Origin: Candidatus Fraserbacteria bacterium | GTDB lineage: Bacteria; Bipolaricaulota; Bipolaricaulia; RBG-16-55-9 | NCBI GenBank assembly: GCA_037443265.1 | Contig: JBBIOR010000014.1 | Location: forward strand, 1 to 25,743 | Direction: 5' to 3' | DNA: 25,743 nt | In this document: one piece after another, positions 17,862 through 25,743 of the stretch | Layout: every line of letters begins with the position of its first letter | Position numbering within the stretch: position 1 is the first letter of the stretch | Notes under the pieces: generated by a model | Seen by the model: the letters and a program-made list of their open reading frames with translations, nothing else | The model's database searches: none | What the model was told of the DNA's origin: nothing | Program-made: the position numbers and the translations under genes

Positions 17862-18413
17862 TTAGATCGCTCCTTTCACGGCCCGCTCGGCCAGCTGCTC
17901 TCCCGCCTCTAGAGCTTGTTCATTGAGAGCGCGGAAGCGCTCCGGCACGCGCTTAGAGACGGCCTCTCGCAAACTTTCGGGTGACACCAGACCCACTAAG
18001 GCATTCATCACCCCCAAGGCCACTACATTGGCCACCACTCTGCTGCCGACTCTGACCGCTGTCTCCGTGATCGGGAAGGCGCGCACCAACTCACCCAGGT
18101 GTGCCCCGCAGTCGACATGGCTGGAGTCGAGGATCATCAAGGTGTCAGAGTTAGTCTGCGAGCGATATTTCTCGAAGGCATCTTGAGATAAGCAGAGCAA
18201 GATGTCGGGCTTTGTGACTTGGGGATACGCGATCTTCTTTGTAGAGATGATGAGTTCTGCCTTGCTGGCTCCTAGCCGCGCCTCGGGGCCGTAGCTCTGC
18301 GTCTGCACCACGTTCTTGCCGTCGAGGACTGCCGCTTCAGCCAAGATCACTCCTGCTGTGATCAGGCCCTGACCTCCAGCGCCGCTTAGGCGGATCTGCA
18401 CAGGATCTTTCAT
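17862..18413 (-). CDS. korC: 2-oxoacid:ferredoxin oxidoreductase gamma subunit
   Basis: IRLSGAGGQG, QTQSYGPEARLGAS, ANVVALG; start MKDPVQ with ATGA overlap with korB. Confidence 0.92.
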   Translation of the reverse strand: MKDPVQIRLSGAGGQGLITAGVILAEAAVLDGKNVVQTQSYGPEARLGASKAELIISTKKIAYPQVTKPDILLCLSQDAFEKYRSQTNSDTLMILDSSHVDCGAHLGELVRAFPITETAVRVGSRVVANVVALGVMNALVGLVSPESLREAVSKRVPERFRALNEQALEAGEQLAERAVKGAI

Positions 18414-19240
18414 TCCGAGCCTACCCTGGCGCTCCGAGCCATCTGGCAGAGTTGCCGATAGAGCTCCGTGTACTCTATCCTCTGCTCGTCTTTGAAGACG
18501 CCCGTAGGCAATCTCCCCATCGACTTCGCTTCGTCGAGGACCGCTGCCTCCTCCAGGGGAATGGTAGTTTCTTTGAGGTAGTGCAGCATCTCGTAAGGCT
18601 CGCGCAGATCGTTCAGGCGCCCAAAATACGTCGGGCAGGAAGTCAAGACTTCCACCACTGAAAAACCCTTGTGGGCTAGAGCCCGTTTGAGCAATGCGCG
18701 CAGTTCTTGGAAGTCGAAGACGGTGGTGCGGGCAACGAAGCCGGCTCCGGCCCCGAGCGCCAATTGGCACAGATCAAACGCCGGCTCGATGCTGCCCAAA
18801 AGGCTCGTCGTGCTGCGCTTGCCTTGAGGCGTTGTGGGCGCAAGTTGGCCTCCGGTTTGGCCGTAGATCGCGTTATTGAATACGATGGCCGTAAGATCAA
18901 TGTTGCGCCGGCAGGCATGGATGAAGTGATTCCCCCCGATGGCCGCGGCATCGCCATCCCCCATGGCTACGATCACCCTCAGATCCGGACGTGTGAGTTT
19001 TATGCCTGTGGCGAAGGCGAGCGCCCGCCCATGGGTCGCATGCAATGTGTTATAGTCTAGAAGGAAGGGCGTGCGCCCCGAGCAGCCGATGCCCCCCACG
19101 ACGACAACCTCATCTTTCTCCCATCCCAAGGCAGCCACGGCGTCTACTAAGGCCTTGACGATGACTCCGTTGCCGCAGCCGGGGCACCAGACGCTCGGCA
19201 GCTCCTCTGCTCTCAGATACTCTCTGTAGTACTCACTCAT
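18410..19240 (-). CDS. korB: 2-oxoacid:ferredoxin oxidoreductase beta subunit (TPP-binding)
   Basis: WCPGCG, GIGCSG, HGRALAFATG, GDGD..IGGNH, NNAIYGQTGGQ, CPTYFG. Confidence 0.94.
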   Translation of the reverse strand: MSEYYREYLRAEELPSVWCPGCGNGVIVKALVDAVAALGWEKDEVVVVGGIGCSGRTPFLLDYNTLHATHGRALAFATGIKLTRPDLRVIVAMGDGDAAAIGGNHFIHACRRNIDLTAIVFNNAIYGQTGGQLAPTTPQGKRSTTSLLGSIEPAFDLCQLALGAGAGFVARTTVFDFQELRALLKRALAHKGFSVVEVLTSCPTYFGRLNDLREPYEMLHYLKETTIPLEEAAVLDEAKSMGRLPTGVFKDEQRIEYTELYRQLCQMARSARVGSE

Positions 19241-19244
19241 GTCC

Positions 19245-20420
19245 TTAATCCCTCTCTTCTTTTCTTTCGCCTTTTTGATCGCGTTGACGGATGTGCTCAT
19301 AAATCTGCTGAGGTGTGATGAGGCTGCCGTCGACTCGGCCCAAGTGCTCGACAGGAAGAGATCGACCCGGAAGCCCCTGTACCGCCCGCTGGACCTCGCG
19401 CACCAGCTGGCCCAAATTCAACTCCGGCACCAGAATGTGCTCGATCTGAGGGGCAAGCTCCTCGAAGAGGAAGTCCGGGAAGGGCCAGAGCGTCTTCAGA
19501 TTCAGCAAGCCTGCGGGAACACCCTCTGCGCGGAGCTGCTCGACGGCCATCGCCGCGGCACGGCTGGTGATCCCGTAGCTTACGATCAGCATCCGAGTGT
19601 CGTCGAGATAGAGCTCCTCATAGAGGGCCAGCTCTGCGGCATTCTGGTTGATTTTATGGATGATGCGGCGCAGCTGTCGCTCGGCTTCTTCTCCCTGCAC
19701 CGGGAAGCCCCACTCATCGTGGGCCATGCCCGTGACGTTGAAACGCACTCCTGCTCCAAACGGGAGGAAGCCCTGATCCGCAAACGGCTTGAAGTCAGCT
19801 AGACTGGTCGGCCGTCGGCGCTCGAGCACCAACAGCTCCCCCGGCTCGGGCATTTTTATATTCTCGCGCATGTGGGAGAGCACCTCATCGAGCAATACAA
19901 TGACGGGCACCCGGTACTGCTCAGCGAAGTTAAACGCAGCCACCGTCATCTCGAAGACGTCGCGCACGTGCGAGGCTGTCAAGACGATCACAGGGTGATC
20001 GCCGTGGGTGCCCCAGATGGCTTGCATCACGTCTCCTTGCGAGGTCTTGGTGGGCTGCCCTGTGGAAGGCCCCCAGCGCTGGCAGTCCACGATCACGCAG
20101 GGGGTCTCTGTGATGGCCGCGTAGCCGATGCCCTCTTGCATGAGCGAAAAGCCCGGGCCGCTGGTGGCCGTCATGGCCTTCACGCCAGCCCAAGAGGCAC
20201 CGATCACGGCCGAAATGGAAGCGATCTCATCTTCCATCTGGATGAAGACTCCGCCCAGTTTGGGCAGCTCTCTGGACATGAGTTCCATGATCTCGGAGCT
20301 GGGCGTGATGGGATAGCCCGCATAGAAGCGACAACCCGCGTAGAGCGCTCCGAAGGCGCAGGCCTCGTTGCCCTGGATGAGCCGCTGCTGCTCCTTCGCT
20401 TTCACGTGGCGTTCAGGCAT
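19245..20420 (-). CDS. korA: 2-oxoacid:ferredoxin oxidoreductase alpha subunit
   Basis: GNEA, YPITPSSE, QMEDE, ATSGPGFSLMQE, GPSTGQPT, ELNLGQ. Confidence 0.94.
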   Translation of the reverse strand: MPERHVKAKEQQRLIQGNEACAFGALYAGCRFYAGYPITPSSEIMELMSRELPKLGGVFIQMEDEIASISAVIGASWAGVKAMTATSGPGFSLMQEGIGYAAITETPCVIVDCQRWGPSTGQPTKTSQGDVMQAIWGTHGDHPVIVLTASHVRDVFEMTVAAFNFAEQYRVPVIVLLDEVLSHMRENIKMPEPGELLVLERRRPTSLADFKPFADQGFLPFGAGVRFNVTGMAHDEWGFPVQGEEAERQLRRIIHKINQNAAELALYEELYLDDTRMLIVSYGITSRAAAMAVEQLRAEGVPAGLLNLKTLWPFPDFLFEELAPQIEHILVPELNLGQLVREVQRAVQGLPGRSLPVEHLGRVDGSLITPQQIYEHIRQRDQKGERKEERD

Positions 20421-20450
20421 CTTGAGCTCTCTCTTCTCTTCTGTTTTAGA

Positions 20451-22121
20451 TTAGATAAGATCTCCGGCTGGCTGCCTCAGGACCGGGCGCGACTTGACCA
20501 TCCAGATGGCAAAATCCGGGCAGCGGGCTTCACACAGCCCGCAGAAGATACACTTCCCAATATCTCTTAACGCGATCTTGCTCTTTCCATCCAGATAAAG
20601 AATGCCGGTAGGGCAACTATTGACGCACAGGGCGCAACCCTTGCAGAGGGCACGGTTGACGGCTATATAGTTCTCCCCTTGGAAGTGCTGGCGTATGCCA
20701 CCCTCCTCTTGCACGGAGATTTCAAGTCTGGGGGGCTCTGCTTCTTTCTCCGCCTGAGCCGATAGATAGCGATGGATGGCCCAGGCGGCGACTCTGCCGT
20801 CTCTTACGGCCTCCACGACCGTGCCCCCGCCGCTCACGCAGTCCCCACCTGCAAAGATATAGGGCTTGCTCGTTTGATACTGCTCATTGATCTGTACCAG
20901 ACCCGCTTTGTGCTCAAGGCCTAGCTGCTCCAGCAGCTCTCGGTGGGGCTGCTGGCCGATGGCCTTGATCACTGCGTCCGCTTCGAGGATGAACTCCGAG
21001 CCCGGCACGGGTTCTGGTGTAGGGCGACCCGACACATCCGCTGCGCCCAGCCTCATGGCGATGCACTCGACTCCTTCGACTCTTTCATTGCCGAGAAACC
21101 GGATCGGGGCTGTTAACCAGAGGAATCGAACCCCTTCTTTCTTGGCCGCGCGTACTTCATGGGCATACGCCGGCATCTCCTTCTCGGTGCGCCGGTAGAG
21201 CACGACGACGTCCTTCGCTCCCAGCCGGACGGCCTCGCGGGCACAATCTATGGCCGTGTTGCCGCCACCGATGACCACGACCCTCTCGCCTACCTGGAGT
21301 TCATTCAACCGCCCACGCTTGAGCCGCTCGATGAACTCAAGGGAATCCCAAACGCCTTCTAGACGCTCCCCTGGAAGATGCGCCTGGACGTCTTTGCTGA
21401 GCCCTACCCCCAAGAAGATCACAGAGTGTCTCTTTTCGAGATCTTTAGACGAGAGATCCCGGCCCACCGTGACGTTGAAGCGGAACTCGACTCCCAAGCC
21501 TCGAATGAGTTCGAATTCTTGGGGCAACGGGTCCAGCAGCTGCTTGTAAGGGGCAATGGCCTGCGTGATCAGGCCGCCCGGCAGCTCTTTACGCTCGTAG
21601 ACTGTGATCCGATAGCCGAGCTTGGCCAGTTCTGCGGCGCACGCGAGTCCGGCCGGTCCCGCGCCGATCACCCCCACGCTCGCACGGGGAGGCTGTCTGG
21701 ATGGGATGCGATTTCGAGCCTTGCGAGCAACAGAGAAGCTATTTTGGCTGTTCTTGAGGGCCCAGTCGGTCGCGTAGCGTTGGAGCCGCCCAATGGAGAC
21801 CGGCCGACGCCCTTCCCTGTGGAGCACGCAGGCTCCTTCGCACAGCACCTCCACCGGGCAGACGCGGGCGCAGCTGCCTCCAAGAATATTCGCTTCCAAG
21901 ATCGTCCGGGCGGAGTCCAAGGGACGGCCCTCGCGTATCTCTCGAATGAACTTGGGGACGTCGATGTGCGTAGGACAGGCAACGGTGCAGGGAGCCGGAG
22001 CGTAGGGCCCGCCACACTCTAGGCAGCGCGTGGATTCAAACAAAGCTTGCAATTCTGTCAGCGGTGGATGGATTTCTGTGAAGACGTTGGGCGCATCCGC
22101 TATGTGCTCTTTCTCAGGCAT
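20451..22121 (-). CDS. GltD/SudA-like NAD(P)H flavoprotein fused to a C-terminal 2[4Fe-4S] ferredoxin (KorD-like)
   Basis: CLEC..PC..ACP and CARVCP..CEGAC Fe-S motifs, GAGPAG, GGGNTA..YRR, FAGGD, then CKGCALCVNSCP and CIFCGLCEARCP; AAAGGAG RBS. Confidence 0.9.
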   Translation of the reverse strand: MPEKEHIADAPNVFTEIHPPLTELQALFESTRCLECGGPYAPAPCTVACPTHIDVPKFIREIREGRPLDSARTILEANILGGSCARVCPVEVLCEGACVLHREGRRPVSIGRLQRYATDWALKNSQNSFSVARKARNRIPSRQPPRASVGVIGAGPAGLACAAELAKLGYRITVYERKELPGGLITQAIAPYKQLLDPLPQEFELIRGLGVEFRFNVTVGRDLSSKDLEKRHSVIFLGVGLSKDVQAHLPGERLEGVWDSLEFIERLKRGRLNELQVGERVVVIGGGNTAIDCAREAVRLGAKDVVVLYRRTEKEMPAYAHEVRAAKKEGVRFLWLTAPIRFLGNERVEGVECIAMRLGAADVSGRPTPEPVPGSEFILEADAVIKAIGQQPHRELLEQLGLEHKAGLVQINEQYQTSKPYIFAGGDCVSGGGTVVEAVRDGRVAAWAIHRYLSAQAEKEAEPPRLEISVQEEGGIRQHFQGENYIAVNRALCKGCALCVNSCPTGILYLDGKSKIALRDIGKCIFCGLCEARCPDFAIWMVKSRPVLRQPAGDLI

Positions 22122-22804
22122 GGGTACTCCTTTGAGAGGGGGCTGGGCTCGAGGTTCTTGCCCAGGGGAATCACGTGCAGAACTTCAAATCCCAGGGCCT
22201 TAAAGTAAGAAAGAAGATCGCCTTCAAACCAGTCCACCAGCGTCCGCACTCGGGTGACGCCTCTCTTTGTGAATTCCGCCATCAAGGCCTCCCCGAGCCG
22301 TCGCCCTATGCCTAAGCCCCAAAACTCTGGATCTACTCCCAAGACCTCGATCCAGCCGGTCTTCTCTCCGCTGGCAAACTCCCACAGGCGAATCTCTCCT
22401 AAGGCGAAGCCAACCAGCCGGACGTTCAAAAAAGCCCCCAGGCATGGCTGGCCCTGAGCGATCCGCTGGCGTGCCATCTCTTCCAAGTACAGCAGGCGCT
22501 TCTGGCCGGCCAGGCCGCGATCCTCTTCGATGCTGCTTTCGAGGCACAAGAGCGTCGGAAGATCCTGCAGAGTGAGAGGTCGGATGACGATGTCGTAGAA
22601 GGCCCGCCAGAGCTTCGCGTTGCCCACCTTGCGGCAACGAACTTGGCCCTTGGCTCTGAGGATTTCCAGATATTTCGCGGCGGTGTGCCGGGTGATGCCC
22701 AGCTGCTCGGCCAGCTGCTCGGTGTGCACTTCCGCTTTGGCCTCCTTGAGGATGGCCAGGATCTCCGCTTCGATGGCCCGCTGCACGCCCGCTGCCTCTG
22801 CCAT
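22100..22804 (-). CDS. winged-HTH plus GNAT acetyltransferase fusion protein
   Basis: N-terminal TEQLAEQLGITRHTAAKYLEIL...KVGNAKLW; C-terminal GEIRLWEF and VLGVDPEFWGLGIG acyl-CoA motif A. Confidence 0.85.
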   Translation of the reverse strand: MAEAAGVQRAIEAEILAILKEAKAEVHTEQLAEQLGITRHTAAKYLEILRAKGQVRCRKVGNAKLWRAFYDIVIRPLTLQDLPTLLCLESSIEEDRGLAGQKRLLYLEEMARQRIAQGQPCLGAFLNVRLVGFALGEIRLWEFASGEKTGWIEVLGVDPEFWGLGIGRRLGEALMAEFTKRGVTRVRTLVDWFEGDLLSYFKALGFEVLHVIPLGKNLEPSPLSKEYPCLRKST

Positions 22805-22856
22805 GTGGGCCACTCCCCCCTTCTGGTAACCCTTAGCGGTCACCAAGGGACAATCC

Positions 22857-22921
22857 ACTGTAAAGGGGCTTCGGCGATTCTGCCGTGAGGGTTCTCACAG
22901 CAGAGTGTTGGCTTTCTCACA
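22857..22921 (-). promoter_or_regulatory. tandem Crp/Fnr-type boxes with a class II promoter
   Basis: minus strand TGTGA-GAAAGC-CAACA (22921-22906) and TGTGA-GAACCC-TCACG (22899-22884); -10 TACAGT at 22862-22857 puts the proximal box centre near -41.5. Confidence 0.7.
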
Positions 22922-22925
22922 GCGC

Positions 22926-23615
22926 CTAGAGGAGGGCTTGCAGGCGGGCTCGATCCAAGAGCAAGATCTTTCGGCCTTCCGTGGCAATCAGCCCACGGGC
23001 TTTGAACCGACTGAGCGTGAGAGAGGCCGTCTCGCGGGCGACCCCGATCATCTCTGCCAACTCCGCGCGAGAGAGCTCCAGATCGATGAGAGTTCCTTGG
23101 GGATGCGTACGGCCGTGCGCAGAAGCCAGTTGAAGCAAGAGGTACGCCAACTTGCTAGGGGCGCCCTGCCGTGTGGTCGCAAAGATGCGCTCTTGGAGGC
23201 GGGCCACTTCATCCGAGAGTTTTTCAATGAGTGCCGCGGCCAGCTGTGGGTATCGCTCCAGAAGCCGCGCAAAGTGCCCCTTGTCCACGAAGCCTACGCG
23301 GGTCTTCTCCAGCGCTTCGGCCTCCCAGCTTAGGCGGCCGGAGCGCATCGCCTCCAGCCCCAGAATGTCCCCAGGGCCAAGCACAGCGACGATGAGCTTC
23401 TTGCCATTGGCCAGATGCCGGATGAGCTTGACCGTTCCTTCACAGATGATCGAGTAGCCATAGAGGGGAGCGCCCTGCGGAAAGATCAGTTGACCCGGCT
23501 CGTATTCGAGAGTCTGCGTGAAATCCTCCGGACGAAACGAGAACTCCTTGCGGCTCACATCCAGCAGGATGCAAGCCTCATTGAGGCAGTATCTGCACGG
23601 CTCGTGGCTCGTCAA
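22926..23615 (-). CDS. Crp/Fnr-family transcriptional regulator with an N-terminal Cys cluster
   Basis: CRYCLNEAC, cNMP-like barrel (IFPQG, EGTVKL, GPGDILG), HTH LSRAELAEMIGVARET; TTG start. Confidence 0.92.
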   Translation of the reverse strand: MTSHEPCRYCLNEACILLDVSRKEFSFRPEDFTQTLEYEPGQLIFPQGAPLYGYSIICEGTVKLIRHLANGKKLIVAVLGPGDILGLEAMRSGRLSWEAEALEKTRVGFVDKGHFARLLERYPQLAAALIEKLSDEVARLQERIFATTRQGAPSKLAYLLLQLASAHGRTHPQGTLIDLELSRAELAEMIGVARETASLTLSRFKARGLIATEGRKILLLDRARLQALL

Positions 23616-23619
23616 CCCC

Positions 23620-24807
23620 CTAGATCACTCCCAGCTCTTGTCCGACTTTCCGGAAGGCCGCAATGCCCTGGTCTAGATCTGCGCGCCGGTGGGCGGCCGA
23701 GATCATCACCCGAATGCGGGCCTGGCCCTTTGGCACCGTCGGATACCCGATGGCCATCGCGAAGACCCCCTCTTCGAAGAGCCTTCGGCTAAACTGCTGA
23801 GCCAACGGAGCCTCCCCCAGCATGATGGGCACAATCGGAGTCTGGCTTCGACCCATCTCGAAGCCCAGCTGGGCCATCTGCTCTTTGAAATAGCGCGTAT
23901 TCTCCCAGAGCCTGTCGACCAGCTCTGTGGAGCGCTCGAGCAGATCAATCGCGGCGAGGCAGGCGGCCGTGTCGGGAGGGGTCGTCGCACTGGAGAACAA
24001 GAAGGGGCGTGCCCGCTGTCGCAGATACTCGATGATGAGGGCCCTTCCGGCCACGTAGCCGCCCACCACCCCGAAGGCCTTCGACAGGGTGCCCACTTCG
24101 ATGTCCACTCGCCCGTGCAGGCCGAAGTGATCGACGATGCCTCTTCCTCCGCGGCCCAGCACCCCTTCCCCGTGCGCGTCGTCCACCATGAGGAGTGCTT
24201 GGTGTTCTTCACAGATCTCAGCTATCTTATCCAGAGGCGCAATATCCCCGTCCATGGAGAAGACGCCGTCCGTGATCACGAGCACTCTCTGATAGCCCTT
24301 CTGCGCCGCCTCCTTAAGACGAGCCTCCAAATCCTGCACATCGCAGTGTTTATAGATCATGCGATCAGCCTTGCTGAGCCGCACCCCATCGATGATCGAG
24401 GCGTGATTGAGCTCATCGCTGATGATGAGATCCCCTTCACCCATGAGCAGCGGGATGACGGCTTGATTCGCATTGAAGCCCGATTGCAAGGCAATGGCTG
24501 CTTCCACGCCTTTGAAGCGTGCCAACCTTCTTTCGAGCTCCAAATGGAGATCCAGCGTGCCCGCGATCGTGCGCACCGCGGCCGGACCGACACCGTATTT
24601 TTCAATCGCAGAGATCGCCGCGCGGCGCAGCTCTGGGTGGTTGGCCAGATTTAAATAATTATTGGAGCAGAAGTTGAGCACCCGCTGGCCATCGACGATG
24701 AGCCACGCCCCCTGAGGCGATTGGATCGTGCGAATATCGATATAAAGGCCGGTCTTTTTCAGCTCTTCTAGGCTTTGGCGGATGAAGGCGAGCTTCTCGC
24801 TCGACAT
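23620..24807 (-). CDS. kbl: glycine C-acetyltransferase / PLP-dependent alpha-oxoamine synthase
   Basis: [53 protein letters not shown]; BioF-like activity not excluded. Confidence 0.85.
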   Translation of the reverse strand: MSSEKLAFIRQSLEELKKTGLYIDIRTIQSPQGAWLIVDGQRVLNFCSNNYLNLANHPELRRAAISAIEKYGVGPAAVRTIAGTLDLHLELERRLARFKGVEAAIALQSGFNANQAVIPLLMGEGDLIISDELNHASIIDGVRLSKADRMIYKHCDVQDLEARLKEAAQKGYQRVLVITDGVFSMDGDIAPLDKIAEICEEHQALLMVDDAHGEGVLGRGGRGIVDHFGLHGRVDIEVGTLSKAFGVVGGYVAGRALIIEYLRQRARPFLFSSATTPPDTAACLAAIDLLERSTELVDRLWENTRYFKEQMAQLGFEMGRSQTPIVPIMLGEAPLAQQFSRRLFEEGVFAMAIGYPTVPKGQARIRVMISAAHRRADLDQGIAAFRKVGQELGVI

Positions 24808-24852
24808 AGTTCCTCCTCCCCTATGTGACCATTCCGTCCCTCTCAAGCACGC

Positions 24853-24882
24853 ATTATAGCTCCCGTCTCCCGGCCCTGTCGA
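24853..24882 (-). promoter_or_regulatory. candidate sigma70 promoter for kbl
   Basis: minus strand TCGACA, 18 bp, TATAAT. Confidence 0.6.
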
Positions 24883-24913
24883 TGGGGAGAGGTGCGAGAA
24901 AGAGCGCAGCTAT

Positions 24914-24942
24914 TTGATCCGCCAGGAACGAGCCCATACTAT
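24914..24942 (+). promoter_or_regulatory. candidate sigma70 promoter for the RluA-family gene
   Basis: TTGATC, 17 bp, TACTAT. Confidence 0.5.
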
Positions 24943-24957
24943 GGATCGCGATCTCCC

Positions 24958-25692
24958 ATGGTGCCGGCTTTCACCCAAGAGGAGCTTCAGCGGAGGATTG
25001 TCTATGAGGACAGTGAGCTGCTCATCATCGATAAACCCGCGGGCTGGCCGATCCACGGTGACCGCCACCACCCGAGCCATCAGACCCTTTGGGCCTTGGT
25101 GTTACATTATCTGCCCCCTTCGGACTTTCGGCCGGCTTTTGCCCATAGGCTCGACCAGGCTACCTCCGGCCTGGTGCTTCTGGCCAAGACGCGCACGGCT
25201 CTGCGAGCTGTGAACCGTCAGCTCAAGTTCAAAGAGATGAAGAAGATCTATCAGGCTCTTCTGGCTGGAGAGACCCGCCCCAAGGGCTCGATCCGCCTGC
25301 CGCTCAAGAAGCAACTGGATCGCCAGAGGTGGCTGGCGCTCATGGTCCCCGTGCGCCGAGGCGGCCTCTATGCCCAGACGGACTATCGACGCCTGGAGTT
25401 ACTCCAATACAGAGGCGAGAGGTTCTCCCTCGTTGAGGCGCAGGCCAAGACTGGGCGTACCCACCAGCTGCGCGCGCATTTTGCAGCGATAGGTTGCCCC
25501 ATCGTAGGCGATGATCTGTACGGGCAGCCAGAGCTGAATGAGCGACTCCGCCGGGAGCTGGGCTTACATCGACAATTGCTACACGCCGCAGCCTTGGAGT
25601 TCACGCACCCGGCCACAGGGCAACTCGTCCGCCTAGATGCCCCCTTGCCCGTGGATTTCGCGGATTTCTTACAACAACTCAGACGGAGCTGA
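24958..25692 (+). CDS. RluA-family pseudouridine synthase (no S4 domain)
   Basis: IVYED..LIIDKPAG, HRLDQATSG, TGRTHQLRAH, IVGDDLYG, LHAAAL; start uncertain (ATG 24958 preferred). Confidence 0.92.
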   Translation: MVPAFTQEELQRRIVYEDSELLIIDKPAGWPIHGDRHHPSHQTLWALVLHYLPPSDFRPAFAHRLDQATSGLVLLAKTRTALRAVNRQLKFKEMKKIYQALLAGETRPKGSIRLPLKKQLDRQRWLALMVPVRRGGLYAQTDYRRLELLQYRGERFSLVEAQAKTGRTHQLRAHFAAIGCPIVGDDLYGQPELNERLRRELGLHRQLLHAAALEFTHPATGQLVRLDAPLPVDFADFLQQLRRS

Positions 25693-25695
25693 GCC

Positions 25696-25733
25696 CATGA
25701 TATAGATCATTCTCCCTCGTGATGCAGATCATT
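25696..25733. promoter_or_regulatory. tandem Crp/Fnr-like boxes
   Basis: ATGAT-ATAG-ATCAT (25697-25710) and GTGAT-GCAG-ATCAT (25719-25732), 22 bp apart. Confidence 0.55.
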
Positions 25734-25743
25734 TGAAATCATA

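Noticed and set aside
18414..18770. N-terminal extension of korC
   Set aside because: Overlaps korB out of frame; the ATGA overlap at 18410-18413 gives the natural start
23689..24654. long antisense ORFs (also 385-948, 1964-2524, 19872-20570, 21378-22022 and similar)
   Set aside because: Shadow frames of well-supported genes in GC-rich DNA, with no recognisable motifs

Overview
GC-rich bacterial chromosomal window of housekeeping and anaerobic redox genes. I found no rRNA, tRNA, CRISPR array or transposase. The order is: CIRCE-controlled Hsp20; pyrB-pyrI-thpR-archease operon; a stand-alone nuoC-nuoD-nuoI unit whose NuoI has a Cys->Val change in an Fe-S motif; folC; DinB-family gene; a scar region (collapsed malic enzyme, hydrogenase large-subunit tail, orphan maturation protease); thiolase; an internally deleted Rrf2 pseudogene; a solitary Cys-type FdhF-like molybdoenzyme; a collapsed gltD/porB relic sharing 35 identical bp with a gene ~10 kb away; DUF355; LonC-like protease; Rrf2-radical SAM-PNPOx-like operon; a minus-strand block kbl-like, Crp/Fnr, HTH-GNAT fusion, GltD-ferredoxin fusion, korA-korB-korC, unknown ORF; and an RluA-family gene. 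The best candidates for a new system are (i) the Crp/Fnr + HTH-GNAT regulated 2-oxoacid oxidoreductase operon with a fused NADPH/ferredoxin module and tandem Crp boxes at class II spacing, (ii) the NuoCDI module without NuoB, and (iii) repeated multi-deletion collapse of redox genes. Family calls come from motif recognition by eye; no database searches were run.
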